Assembly (NCBI GenBank): GCA_965237405.1
Contig: OZ250139.1
Coordinates: 2,949,661 to 3,013,660 of the forward strand
Source of the DNA: Vicinamibacterales bacterium
GTDB lineage: Bacteria > Acidobacteriota > Vicinamibacteria > Vicinamibacterales > UBA8438
Length of the DNA stretch: 64,000 nucleotides
Direction: 5' to 3'
The position numbers and the translations under genes were made by a program. Below, in pieces: positions 53,558 to 63,863 of this stretch. Position 1 is the first letter of the stretch; each line of letters starts with the position of its first letter. Below the pieces are notes generated by a model. It worked only from the letters and a program-made list of their open reading frames with translations, had not been told where the DNA came from and ran no database searches.

Positions 53558-55234
53558 ATGACGCGTCAGACTGGACTTATCGTGCTTAGTGCCAGTGCGG
53601 TTGCGCTCGCCACGGCAACTTCGGCATCCGACATCGAATTCGTCGACGTCACCAGCGAAATAGGTCTCCAGTTCGTGCACCGCAGCGGAGCCATGGGTGA
53701 CAAGTATTTGCCCGAGACGCTCGGAGCTGGCGGACTGTTTATCGATGTCGACGCCGACGGGTGGCAGGACATTCTCTTGATCAACTCGACGGGCTGGCCG
53801 GGTGGTCCGAGTTCTACCTCGTTTTCTGCGCTTTATCGAAACGATGGCGATGGGACGTTCACCGACATCACGCGTGGGTCTGGACTTGATGTGGAGTTCT
53901 ACGGGATCGGTGGGACGGCGGCCGACTACGATAACGACGGTCATGCTGACGTCTACCTGACGGCGTTGGGACCCAACCGATTGTTACGGGGACGGGGCGA
54001 TGGAACGTTTACCGACGTCACCGCGATTGCCGGAGTTGCCGGCACGGGGTTCTCGACGAGTGCGCTGTGGTTCGACTACGACAACGACGGCGACGTCGAT
54101 CTCTTCGTGGCGAACTATGTCGAATGGACGATCGACGGCGACCTGTTTTGCTCGCTCGACGGCGAGCATAAATCGTATTGCACCCCGGAGGCGTACACCG
54201 GTCAGAGTCCAACCCTCTATCGTAACACCGGCGATGGTACGTTCGAGGATGTGACCGCCGCTGCTGGACTCGACGATCCATCGTCGAAGGCGCTCGGCGT
54301 CACCATGCTGGATTACGACGCCGATGGTTGGATGGATCTCTTCGTGGCGAACGATACCGAGCCGGATCGCCTGTATCACAACGAGGGCAACGGCACGTTT
54401 GTCGACAACGGCGTGGTGGCTGGGGTCGCCTTCAGCGAAGCTGGGATCGCGCGGGCCGGAATGGGCGTTGACGCGGCCGACTACGACGCGTCCGGACGGC
54501 CGAGCCTGGTCGTTGGCAATTTCTCGAACGAGATGATCGCGCTCTACCACAATGAAGGGAACGGCTTATTCATCGATGAGGCGCCACGCTCGGCAGTCGG
54601 CCGTTCGTCGCTGTTGACGCTGGCTTTCGGCTGCTTCTTCTTCGACTTCGACCTCGACGGACGCCCTGACATCTTCGCGGCGAATGGCCACGTCGTCGAT
54701 GACATCGATCGGGTGCAGTCGCGCGTGACCTATGCGCAGCCCGCGCACCTCTTCCGAAACCTTGGCAACGGTCGCTTCGATGAAATAACAACGGAGGTAG
54801 GCAACGCGCTGACGCAGCCCACAGTGGCCCGTGGCGCGGCCTATGGCGACCTCGATCGAGATGGTGATCTCGATCTTCTCATCATGGCCAATAACGGTCC
54901 CGCGCGCGTGCTGCGAAACGATGGGGGTAACGCCAACAATGTTCTGCGCGTCCGAACCGTTGGCACGGCGTCCAATCGTGACGGGATCGGCACTCAGGTC
55001 GAGGTGTTGGTGGACGGTGATCGGATCTGGCAAATCGTCAAGACCGGGTCCAGTTACGCCTCGCAAAGCGAGTTGCCGCTGACGTTCGGATTAGGTGCCG
55101 CCGCCAAGGTCGATGCCATCCGCGTCACGTGGCCCAGTGGGCAGGTCGATCGCGTGGCCGGGCTCAAAGCGAATCAGCAGGTGACGGTTCGAGAAGGCGA
55201 GGGTGTGGTCGAAATGTCGCCCCTGGAGCGATAG
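53558..55234 (+). CDS. CRTAC1-family protein (FG-GAP repeats plus ASPIC/UnbV domain), copy 2
   Basis: Signal peptide, repeated DxDxDGxxD loops, and SSYASQSELPLTFGLG...IRVTWPSG. Confidence 0.85.
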   Translation: MTRQTGLIVLSASAVALATATSASDIEFVDVTSEIGLQFVHRSGAMGDKYLPETLGAGGLFIDVDADGWQDILLINSTGWPGGPSSTSFSALYRNDGDGTFTDITRGSGLDVEFYGIGGTAADYDNDGHADVYLTALGPNRLLRGRGDGTFTDVTAIAGVAGTGFSTSALWFDYDNDGDVDLFVANYVEWTIDGDLFCSLDGEHKSYCTPEAYTGQSPTLYRNTGDGTFEDVTAAAGLDDPSSKALGVTMLDYDADGWMDLFVANDTEPDRLYHNEGNGTFVDNGVVAGVAFSEAGIARAGMGVDAADYDASGRPSLVVGNFSNEMIALYHNEGNGLFIDEAPRSAVGRSSLLTLAFGCFFFDFDLDGRPDIFAANGHVVDDIDRVQSRVTYAQPAHLFRNLGNGRFDEITTEVGNALTQPTVARGAAYGDLDRDGDLDLLIMANNGPARVLRNDGGNANNVLRVRTVGTASNRDGIGTQVEVLVDGDRIWQIVKTGSSYASQSELPLTFGLGAAAKVDAIRVTWPSGQVDRVAGLKANQQVTVREGEGVVEMSPLER

Positions 55235-55239
55235 GGACG

Positions 55240-58200
55240 ATGGCCGACGTGACGAGGAGACGCTGGCAGGAGGTGGCCGGGCCGTTGGCATTTGTGATGC
55301 TGCTGGCCGCAGTGTCGTGCGGCGACGGCCCCGATCCTTTCCTTGCGAACGAGGCGGCGTATCGTGCGAATAACCATGGCGTTGCCCTGCTCGAACAATT
55401 CGACTACCAGGGGGCAGCCGAGGCGTTTCGTGAGGCGCTCGAACTGGATGCGTCGCATGTGGCCGCGCGCGTGAACCTCGCGGTGGCGTTGTTTCTTGCG
55501 CAGGATCTCGAGGGGGCAGACCGGGAAGCGAACGCAGCGGCCACCGATCTGCCGTCGGCACTTGAGCCGCGGTATCTGCGTGGGCTGGTCGCGCGTGCCC
55601 AAAATCGTCTCGATGACGCCATCCTGGCCTTTAGCACTGTTCTTGAAGTCGATCCGATCGACGTCGGTACCAACGTTAACTTGGGACAGATCTATCTTGA
55701 GGCGCGCGACTATCCAGCCGCGATCGAGCGACTGCGAGTCGCTTACGAGCACGAGCCCTACAACGTGACTGCGGTGTACAACCTGGGACTCGCTCTCGTC
55801 CGCAGCGGCGGGACCGAAGAAGGACAAGGGTTACTTGAACAGGCGCAGGCGTTGCGGGCAACGGGGTACGCCGTCACCTACGACACGGGGTACTTGCAGC
55901 AGGGACGTTACGCGGAAGCGATCGCATCGACCGGCGCGGAGGCCGAGCTAGTGGATCCCGCGGTGCCGCCTGCGGCGTTCACGTCGCTTGCCGTCTGGTC
56001 ACTGTCAGGATCGCCATCCGCGCCGTCGCCGTTTGGTCGTCGCTACACCGCCGATAATTTGACCGATGACAGTATTCGCGCTCTCGTGGCTGGGCTGGGT
56101 GGCGGTGTGACGCCGTTCGATTTCGACATGGATGGAGACCTCGATCTCTTTTTGGCGGTACCAGGCGGACAACGGCTGCTGCGGAACGATGGTCCCGGCC
56201 GCTGGACAGAGGTCACCACGGATGTCGGGCTCTCAGCCGAGCCCAACAACAGCGTGCCGGTCGGCGCCATTGTCGCCGACTACAACAACGACGGAGCGCC
56301 CGACCTCTTCGTGCTCCGCTACGGCGCTAGCAGCCTCTACCAGAACGATGGAACCGGTCGCTTTACCGATGTCACGTCTGCCGCTGGCCTCTTGACGGTA
56401 ACGGAGGCGTACGTGCCGGGCGCCGCGGCGTTCGCAGATGTCGACCATGACGGTGATGCGGATCTCGTCATTGCTGGCTTGGTTGACGTTGTATCGTCGC
56501 GCGCATCTCTGGAAGAAGACGCGTCACTCTTGTTTCCCGATGAGTTCGCGCCGGCACCGCTCCGCCTGATGCGCAACAACCAGGACGGGTCATTCACCGA
56601 CGTCACGGGTGCGTCGAAACTTGAGTTCGAGGGCCACACGGTGGCGATCGTGCCGACCGATTTCGACAACCGACGCGATGTCGACCTGCTCGTGGTCGAT
56701 CGCAGTGGGCCACCCCGTTTGTTCATGAACCTGCGCGACTCCACGTTTCGTGACGTCGCGGCGGAGGTGGGACTTGTGACGGCCGGCAACGCGGCCACGA
56801 CGGTGGCGGCGAGCGATTTGAACAAAGACGAGTTTCCCGACTTCGTGTTCGGGAGCGGCTCCGACGTCGTCCTGGCGATGAGCGATGGACGAGGTCGATT
56901 CACGCAGGTGCCAGGCCCGGAGGGTGCGCGCGGCGCGAGCGCCATGCGGTTGCTCGACTATGACAACGACGGGGTACTCGACCTGCTGGCTTGGGTCGCC
57001 GACGGGCCACGGCTGTTCCGAAATATCGGAGGGGGGAATTGGAGCGACGTCACCGACCCGGCGCTTGCCGATCTTGGTAGCGGTTTGTCCGTTCAGACGG
57101 CGCACGCGTTTGCGGTCGCCGATTTCGATACCGATGGCGATAGCGACATCGTGTTCGTGGGCTCCGAGCTTGTCTCGATCGCCGAGAATGGCGGGGATCC
57201 TCGTAACGGATCACTACGCATTGCGCTTCGTGGTCTGGTAAGCAACCGTTCCGGCATCGGCGCCAAGGTGCAGCTGCGGGCCGGCAGCTTGAGCTCGCGG
57301 CTGGAAACCTCGTCGGCGACGCCCGCTGTTGCGCCTGCCGACCTGGTGTTTGGCATTGGCCGACGGCCCGGGGCCGACGTGGCCCGGGTCTTGTGGCCTT
57401 CTGGAATCTTGCAGGCCGAAGTGCCTGTGTCAGAGACCACGTTCGAAACAAGTGCGTCTGACGAGCAGCCATACCTCCTGTCAGAGCTGCACATTCTGGA
57501 GCTTGACCGTGAGCCGTCATCGTGCCCGTTCCTTTTCACCTGGAACGGCACTCGTTTCGAGTTCGTCACCGATTTTCTTGGCGGCGGCGAAATGGGGCTC
57601 TGGCACAGCCCGGATCACTACAACACGCCAGACCCGGTGGAATATGTTCGGATACGGGAAGACCAGCTGAAGCTGAAGGACGGATTCTTCGAACTCAGGG
57701 TCACGACCGAGCTCGAAGAGGTGGTCTTCTTCGACCAGATGGAGTTGGTCGTCCTTATCCACCCGCGTGATGTCGAGGTGTATCCAAACGAGGGGTTGAC
57801 CGCCCCGCCGAAAGCTCATGAGCTGTACGTCGTTCGTGACACGCGCGTTCCGGAGCGCGCGGTCGATGACCGCGGAAACGACGTCACCAAGCTGATTGAG
57901 CGGATCGACCGTCGCTATCCGGAGGGGTTTGCTCTCGCACCGTTCCGCGGATACGCTGAAACCCATGGTTTGACGCTTGACCTCGGACCGACGGACGACT
58001 CCGTCGTGCTCCTCCTCACCGGCTGGACGTCGTACGCGTTTTCGAGCGACAACATTGCCGCGTTTCAGGCCGGGCTGACGCCCATCGTGCCGAGGCTGGA
58101 AATTCGGGATGTGAATGGGGTTTGGCGTCCGACTGGGGTCGACATGGGATTCCCGGTTGGCCGGCCCCAGACGATCGCAGTCGACCTGACCGATCACATT

Positions 58201-58788
58201 CGTACTGGCGAACACGAGGTCCGGATCGTGACCAACATGCGGATCTACTGGGATCAGATTCTCGTTGGTCGTCGCGGCTTCATCGACGGGGTTCGCGAGC
58301 GCCGGCTCGACCCGTCGAGCGCTGAATTACGCGTGCGCGGCTTTTCGGAGGAGGTACATCCCGATGAGACAGAGCCCGCGACGTACAATTACGACCGCGT
58401 GACAGCAACGTCACGGTGGAAGACGATGACTGGGAGTTATACGCGGGAGGGCGACGTGACCGAGTTGCTCACGGCAGACGATGACCTATTCGTCATCACG
58501 AGAGACGGCGACGAGATCGTGCTGAAATTCGACGGCGGAGCACTTGAGCCACTCCCCGCCGACCAGACTCGCACCTATTTACTCCTGGCCAACGGTTTCA
58601 GCAAGGAGATGGACATCAACTCGGGAAGCCCTGATTCCGTCGAGCCACTCCCGTTCCATGCGATGTCTCGATACCCGTACAGTTTGAGCGAGCGTTACCT
58701 CGGAACGTCGGTTTATCGCCGCTATCGCGACACATACAACACGCGCACGGTCATCACGTCGGTCCCGCGTATCGAGGCATCGAGATAA
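55240..58788 (+). CDS. giant TPR + FG-GAP + ASPIC/UnbV protein with ~430-aa C-terminal extension
   Basis: The start is moved to MADVTRRRWQEVAGPLAFVMLLAAVSCG, 5 nt after the upstream stop. It has N-terminal TPRs, FG-GAP loops (FDMDGDLDL, ADYNNDGAPDL, ...), GIGAKVQLRAG..., and then SCPFLFTWNGTRFEFVTDF... to the end. Confidence 0.8.
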   Translation: MADVTRRRWQEVAGPLAFVMLLAAVSCGDGPDPFLANEAAYRANNHGVALLEQFDYQGAAEAFREALELDASHVAARVNLAVALFLAQDLEGADREANAAATDLPSALEPRYLRGLVARAQNRLDDAILAFSTVLEVDPIDVGTNVNLGQIYLEARDYPAAIERLRVAYEHEPYNVTAVYNLGLALVRSGGTEEGQGLLEQAQALRATGYAVTYDTGYLQQGRYAEAIASTGAEAELVDPAVPPAAFTSLAVWSLSGSPSAPSPFGRRYTADNLTDDSIRALVAGLGGGVTPFDFDMDGDLDLFLAVPGGQRLLRNDGPGRWTEVTTDVGLSAEPNNSVPVGAIVADYNNDGAPDLFVLRYGASSLYQNDGTGRFTDVTSAAGLLTVTEAYVPGAAAFADVDHDGDADLVIAGLVDVVSSRASLEEDASLLFPDEFAPAPLRLMRNNQDGSFTDVTGASKLEFEGHTVAIVPTDFDNRRDVDLLVVDRSGPPRLFMNLRDSTFRDVAAEVGLVTAGNAATTVAASDLNKDEFPDFVFGSGSDVVLAMSDGRGRFTQVPGPEGARGASAMRLLDYDNDGVLDLLAWVADGPRLFRNIGGGNWSDVTDPALADLGSGLSVQTAHAFAVADFDTDGDSDIVFVGSELVSIAENGGDPRNGSLRIALRGLVSNRSGIGAKVQLRAGSLSSRLETSSATPAVAPADLVFGIGRRPGADVARVLWPSGILQAEVPVSETTFETSASDEQPYLLSELHILELDREPSSCPFLFTWNGTRFEFVTDFLGGGEMGLWHSPDHYNTPDPVEYVRIREDQLKLKDGFFELRVTTELEEVVFFDQMELVVLIHPRDVEVYPNEGLTAPPKAHELYVVRDTRVPERAVDDRGNDVTKLIERIDRRYPEGFALAPFRGYAETHGLTLDLGPTDDSVVLLLTGWTSYAFSSDNIAAFQAGLTPIVPRLEIRDVNGVWRPTGVDMGFPVGRPQTIAVDLTDHIRTGEHEVRIVTNMRIYWDQILVGRRGFIDGVRERRLDPSSAELRVRGFSEEVHPDETEPATYNYDRVTATSRWKTMTGSYTREGDVTELLTADDDLFVITRDGDEIVLKFDGGALEPLPADQTRTYLLLANGFSKEMDINSGSPDSVEPLPFHAMSRYPYSLSERYLGTSVYRRYRDTYNTRTVITSVPRIEASR

Positions 58789-58796
58789 CGAGCGAC

Positions 58797-59828
58797 ATGG
58801 AGCATATCCGCTACTCAGCCGCCGCCTGTCAAACTGACTTAGCCAACCCGACCGACCGGTCACAGATGCGAAAGAACACGGACAGGGTGCTCAGCATGAT
58901 CGACTCTGCCGTTGCCGGCAGCGCCCCGTTCCTGCCAGTTCGACTCGTCGTGTTTCCCGAATTCGCGCACGCCGCGCCGGTATTCCCAACGGTTGAGGAG
59001 CTACGACGGAAGCTGACCGTGCCGATCCCCAATGAGCACACCGAGCGGCTGATCGAGAAGGCGCGCGAGCACGGCATCTACATTCAGAGCGGGTCGATGC
59101 TCGAGGAGGACCCAAAGTATCCAGCTGTGGTCTTCAACACGACATGTCTCATTGGACCAAGTGGGATTCTCTCCAAGTATCGAAAGGTGAACCCGTGGAT
59201 TCCATATGAGGTGCATGCCAGCCCGCACGACCTGCCTGATTACGACGAACCGCTTTTTCCCGTGACCAATACGCCGATCGGTTGTATCGGCTGCGCGATC
59301 TGCTACGACTGGCTGTTTCCGGAAGTGTTGCGTCAACTGGCCGCGAACGGCGCCGAGGTGTTGGTCCGGGTGTCTGCCTACATGGACCCCTGGGGCGCAA
59401 CCGAGCCGATGGCGTGGTGGACCCTCGTCAATCGATCTCGTGCGCTCGAGAACATGGCCTATGTCGTCGCCGCGAACCAGGGCGCGAGCCTCCGTCACTA
59501 TCCCCCCTACTCCTGGCCCGGTGGCTCGCAGGTGGTGGACTTCGACGGGCGGTTGCTCACCGAGGCGTCGCCAGGTCCTGGTGAGCGGATCGTGATCGGG
59601 CCAATCGACATCTCGGCTCTGCGTTACGAGCGGCAGGGCCGCGTCGGCCACCATATGTTGGCGCATCTTCGAACCGAGGCGTACGAGGTGTATCGTCGCC
59701 CCGGCTACCCTCCATGCGGCAGTGACGCCGCCGCGCTTTCGTATCTGGAGAACGGTCAGCGCATCGAGGCAGCCAAGCGAGCTTTTGTTTCGCCGCCGAG
59801 CCCGTCGCTGGCGATGACTTCGGAGTGA
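58797..59828 (+). CDS. carbon-nitrogen hydrolase (nitrilase superfamily; amidase/formamidase-like)
   Basis: Glu-Lys-Cys triad contexts are VVFPEF, YRKVNPW and GCAICYDWLFPE. It starts 8 nt after the upstream stop. Confidence 0.8.
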   Translation: MEHIRYSAAACQTDLANPTDRSQMRKNTDRVLSMIDSAVAGSAPFLPVRLVVFPEFAHAAPVFPTVEELRRKLTVPIPNEHTERLIEKAREHGIYIQSGSMLEEDPKYPAVVFNTTCLIGPSGILSKYRKVNPWIPYEVHASPHDLPDYDEPLFPVTNTPIGCIGCAICYDWLFPEVLRQLAANGAEVLVRVSAYMDPWGATEPMAWWTLVNRSRALENMAYVVAANQGASLRHYPPYSWPGGSQVVDFDGRLLTEASPGPGERIVIGPIDISALRYERQGRVGHHMLAHLRTEAYEVYRRPGYPPCGSDAAALSYLENGQRIEAAKRAFVSPPSPSLAMTSE

Positions 59829-60062
59829 GCCGAACTGCCGTCACGGGGTTGTTCCTGGGTTCCTTACTCACGGTCGGCCAATAAACCCAGATCGAGCTCC
59901 ATGTTGTGAGCCTAATCGCAATCGGAACGAGCCGATTCAGGTCTCGCAAAGGAGCCAAGCGCGCGCGTCTGGGCGCTTGTGGGCGACTCGACGTGTATGG
60001 TATGCGTGACGGGTCACATGCCCCAGTCTGCAGGCTCACATGATCGGTTGACGGAGGTCTCG

Positions 60063-61535
60063 ATGAAGAAGGCTCTTGCGGTGGTCGTTGCCCTTACGTG
60101 CTCCCTATCTGTATTAAATGGCGCCCAGCAGGAAGAGCGTTACGACTACTGGCAGTTCAACCGCCAGATGATTCGACACGGCCAGCAGGCGCTCTTCATG
60201 TGCAATGGACTCTTCACGTCAAACCGAACCCTGGAGCAGGTCTTCAAGCAGGAGCTGGCGTTCCTACCCGAGCCGGTAGGGTCCCCGTCTGGCGGCGATT
60301 ACGTGATCGACCAAGAGCGGCGGGCGGTCGCCGTCGGGTCCGGTACGTCATCTTTCCGCCGGACCAGTCACGGAGTGCCGACGATGCGCGCCGCATTCCG
60401 CGAGGGCGTTGGCTGCGTCATCTTGGCGCCGGACCAGACCTTTGTTGACATCGATAGCCTACCGGAACTGAAGCTGGCGCCGCCGATGGGTGACTCGGCC
60501 ACTATCCCGTGGCCGGACGGGGACCTCGTAGGCTCCACTCAACTGCCCGCGAGCGTCAATGCCGAAGCGTTGCAAGTTGCATCCGACTGGGCGTTTGAAC
60601 GTGATTCGCCTGAACAGGTGACGCTGAGCCTGATGGTCGTCCAGGGCGACCGAATCCTACATGAGCGGTATGCCCCTGGCGTGGATATGACCACTCGAAC
60701 ACGAACGTGGTCGACGGCAAAGAGTATCGCAGCCACCTTAATTGGGATGCTCGTCGACGAAGGACACATGGCGCTCGATGAGCCCCTTGGAGTCAAATGG
60801 CTTCCAGAAGCATCGTCTCCGGATAGCGATCCACGGGCTGAAATTACCTTGCGACATGTTCTCAACATGTCGAGTGGTCTCGACGTGGTCGACAACGGAG
60901 GGCGCGAGTACGCTACCGGATCGGGCCTGGCCTACTGGGCCGGTGCCAGCTCTGTTCAAGGTGCACGCCGTCGTCCGCTCATCCGAAAACCCGGTACGAA
61001 TTGGGACTACGAAAACTACGAGACGTTGTTGGCGGTCCACGCGATGAAGCGAGTTATCGGTGACGACCAGGCTTATATGGAGTTCCCGCGTCGGCGGTTG
61101 CTCGACCGAATCGGGATGCGGAATACGCTGATTGGTGTTGACCGCTTTGGCGACTTTATCCTTAGCAGTCAGGTCTATACGAATGCTCGTGACCTGGTCC
61201 GGTTTGGGCTGCTCTATTTACAGCACGGCATCTGGAACGGTGAGCAGCTTATCTCAGAGAAATGGATTGACTTCGTGCGGACGCCGGCCCCGGCGACTGC
61301 GACGCGAGGCAATGAATACGGCGGCCAATGGTGGCTCGTCCCCGATAGCCGTAACGACGTGCCAAGAGATGCCTACTCGACGTCGGGCAACCGTGGACAG
61401 TATGTCGTGGTCGTTCCCTCACATAACCTCGTCATTGTGAGGCGCGGGCTTGACTACGGACGGCAAGGCTTCAACCGCTGGGATTTGACACGGGAAGTGC
61501 TCAAAGCGGTCCGACCCGTGGCGCGCGGAAACTGA
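60063..61535 (+). CDS. secreted serine hydrolase (beta-lactamase / class C transpeptidase fold)
   Basis: GGAGG lies upstream of the internal ATG and there is a signal peptide (VVVALTCSLSVLNGAQQ). It has S-x-x-K (WSTAKSIAATLIG) and a Y-x-N candidate (YENYETL). Confidence 0.75.
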   Translation: MKKALAVVVALTCSLSVLNGAQQEERYDYWQFNRQMIRHGQQALFMCNGLFTSNRTLEQVFKQELAFLPEPVGSPSGGDYVIDQERRAVAVGSGTSSFRRTSHGVPTMRAAFREGVGCVILAPDQTFVDIDSLPELKLAPPMGDSATIPWPDGDLVGSTQLPASVNAEALQVASDWAFERDSPEQVTLSLMVVQGDRILHERYAPGVDMTTRTRTWSTAKSIAATLIGMLVDEGHMALDEPLGVKWLPEASSPDSDPRAEITLRHVLNMSSGLDVVDNGGREYATGSGLAYWAGASSVQGARRRPLIRKPGTNWDYENYETLLAVHAMKRVIGDDQAYMEFPRRRLLDRIGMRNTLIGVDRFGDFILSSQVYTNARDLVRFGLLYLQHGIWNGEQLISEKWIDFVRTPAPATATRGNEYGGQWWLVPDSRNDVPRDAYSTSGNRGQYVVVVPSHNLVIVRRGLDYGRQGFNRWDLTREVLKAVRPVARGN

Positions 61536-61608
61536 CGGAGTGTCGATGTTGCGAATCCGTGGGTGGGGCACTACGATCCCACCGGTTCCCAACGGACGGA
61601 GGATATGA

Positions 61609-62763
61609 ATGACTGATAATCGATGGTTTGCCGTGAAAGGTAATAGCCGCGCGTTCGTGGTCTTGTTATTTATCGCGATGGTCGCGTGCGGTGCTGCCCC
61701 GTTGGATCCTGCCTCCGAGATGGATGTCGAGGCAGCAGATACGGGCGTTAGTAGTGACTTGGTGCAGCGGCTCCTTCCGGATCCGACCGGCGAGGTCATT
61801 ACCCAGTGGGCCGATCTTCCTGAGGGTCGAACATGGGGATCGACCGCTGGTATTGACATTGGTCCCGATGGCCACGTGTGGGTGTACGACCGGTGTGGTG
61901 CAAATGGGCTCGATGGTGGATGTGAGGCGAACCCCACTGTCGATCCGATCCTGAAGTACGATCGTAACACCGCCGAACTCCTAGCAAATTTTGGGTCTGG
62001 TTTATTCGTGCTTCCGCACGGTCTCCACGTCGATGATGATGGCAACGTGTGGGTCACCGATTCGCAGGGCAACGAAGCAGGCACCAAGGGGCACCAAGTG
62101 ATCAAGTTTAGCTCGGAAGGTGAGGTGCTTATGCGTCTCGGAACCGCGGGCCAGCCAGGCAGCGGGCCCGGGCAGCTCAATGAGCCGTGCGACGTCATCA
62201 CCGCCCCGAACGGTGACATCTTCGTCTCCGACGGTCATTGGGGGCAGAGCCCCGATCCGCCAGAGGGCCAGACCGGACGAATCCTTAAGTTCGACAGCGA
62301 AGGCAACTTCATCAAGGAGTGGGGTGAAATCGGATTCCGGCCTGGGCAATTCCGTACACCGCATGCACTCGAGTTCGATTCACAGGGCCGCTTGTTCGTT
62401 GCGGACCGCGGCAACCATCGCATTCAGATCTTCGACCAAGATGGTAACCTGCTCGATATCTACACCCAGTACAGCCGGATTAGCGGCCTCTTCATCACCG
62501 ACGACGACATGCTCTATGCGATCGATTCGGAATCGCAGGAGACGAATCATTACGGGTGGATGAATGGCGTTCGCATTGGTCCAGCGGGTGAAGACCGGGT
62601 GACGGCTTTTATTCCGCCCCATATTCCGGCCGATGGGCGCGTGCTGCAAGGACTCGCGGGTGAAGGCATCGCCGTGGATGGGGACGGCAACGTGTTCGTG
62701 GCTGAGGGCCCGGCCTCACGACCATTTGCCGGGGGTGGGCTCACCAAGTACGTGAAGCGTTAG
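61609..62763 (+). CDS. NHL-repeat beta-propeller protein, second copy
   Basis: VWVTDSQGNEAGTKGHQVIKFSSEGEVL, IFVSDGHWG...ILKFDSEGNFI and LFVADRGNHRIQIFDQDGNLL. It has an N-terminal signal/lipobox-like segment (IAMVACG). Confidence 0.8.
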   Translation: MTDNRWFAVKGNSRAFVVLLFIAMVACGAAPLDPASEMDVEAADTGVSSDLVQRLLPDPTGEVITQWADLPEGRTWGSTAGIDIGPDGHVWVYDRCGANGLDGGCEANPTVDPILKYDRNTAELLANFGSGLFVLPHGLHVDDDGNVWVTDSQGNEAGTKGHQVIKFSSEGEVLMRLGTAGQPGSGPGQLNEPCDVITAPNGDIFVSDGHWGQSPDPPEGQTGRILKFDSEGNFIKEWGEIGFRPGQFRTPHALEFDSQGRLFVADRGNHRIQIFDQDGNLLDIYTQYSRISGLFITDDDMLYAIDSESQETNHYGWMNGVRIGPAGEDRVTAFIPPHIPADGRVLQGLAGEGIAVDGDGNVFVAEGPASRPFAGGGLTKYVKR

Positions 62764-62871
62764 ACGCTAGTTTATCACCCTGGTTATTGGGGTTTCTATC
62801 CAGTTTGAGTTTTCGGGGCGGGGTGTCCGCATTCATCCTGCAGGCGTATTATTGGCGTACAAGGTAGAGAC

Positions 62872-63783
62872 ATGCAGACGAACCGAGTGCTCTTTGTGAG
62901 CATCGTTACGGGCACGATCCTGTTTGGGGCATCAGAACTTGGAGGGCAACAACCGCTCTTTCGGAGTGGGACGGAGCTCGTCGACCTTTATGTCACCGTC
63001 ACCGACGACGACGGCCGGCTTGTTCCGAATCTGGTTAAGGACGACTTCGCCGTTTTCGACGAAGGACGGCCGCAGGAGATCGAGCTCTTCGAGAACGAGG
63101 TTCGTCCGATTACCGTTGTGGTGATGCTCGACACGAGCATCAGCACAACCAATGTCATGCACCTAATCTTGGGCGGTGCCGAGCAGTTTCTGATCAGGAT
63201 GTTGCCTGACGACCGTGCACGGATAGGTGCATTCAACGACAAGATTGAAATCAACCCTCCAGAGTTCATCGGCGATCGGGACGAGCTAATCACGGAGCTT
63301 GGGGACCTCGACTTTGGTAACGAAACGAAATTATTCAATGCCTTATCGGCAAGTCTCGACGCGTTGCTGAATATCGAGGCGCGAAAAGTCATTCTGGTGC
63401 TGACCGACGGCCAGGATAGTTCCAGCGACTTGGGATGGCGTGATGTGCTCGATCGCGCCGTCGCCGAGAACGTCATGATCTACGCGATCGGCCTTGAAGT
63501 CCAGTATTTTGACGGCGCGCGTGTTCGGCGGACAAGTCCAGACAGAAGCCTTCGGCGATTGGCAGAGGAAACAGGTGGGGGGTACTTCGAACTCGAGGAG
63601 ACCGATGAGCTTGGGTCTACGTTTACACGGGTGTCACAGGAGCTACACAGCCAGTACGTGATCGGTTTCCCGCCACCGGTCCGTGACGGTCTAGTTCATC
63701 GTATCAATATTCGCCTGACCAAGCGCGGGATGAAGTCACGTGCTAGACGGAGCTACGTCGCGCCGTTGGATGATGGACTGTAG
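62872..63783 (+). CDS. VWA-domain protein of the acidobacterial VWFA-related type
   Basis: N-terminal block FRSGTELVDLYVTVTDDDGRLVPNLVKDDFAVFDEGRPQEI, a MIDAS motif VVMLDTSIS, and ...LTDGQDSSS. Confidence 0.75.
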   Translation: MQTNRVLFVSIVTGTILFGASELGGQQPLFRSGTELVDLYVTVTDDDGRLVPNLVKDDFAVFDEGRPQEIELFENEVRPITVVVMLDTSISTTNVMHLILGGAEQFLIRMLPDDRARIGAFNDKIEINPPEFIGDRDELITELGDLDFGNETKLFNALSASLDALLNIEARKVILVLTDGQDSSSDLGWRDVLDRAVAENVMIYAIGLEVQYFDGARVRRTSPDRSLRRLAEETGGGYFELEETDELGSTFTRVSQELHSQYVIGFPPPVRDGLVHRINIRLTKRGMKSRARRSYVAPLDDGL

Positions 63784-63863
63784 TCGAAGTCGGTCGAGAG
63801 CCCTTGTCGACGATAATTCAGATCATAGATTAATAGTACGCGCACGAAAGTCTGGACTTCGGC

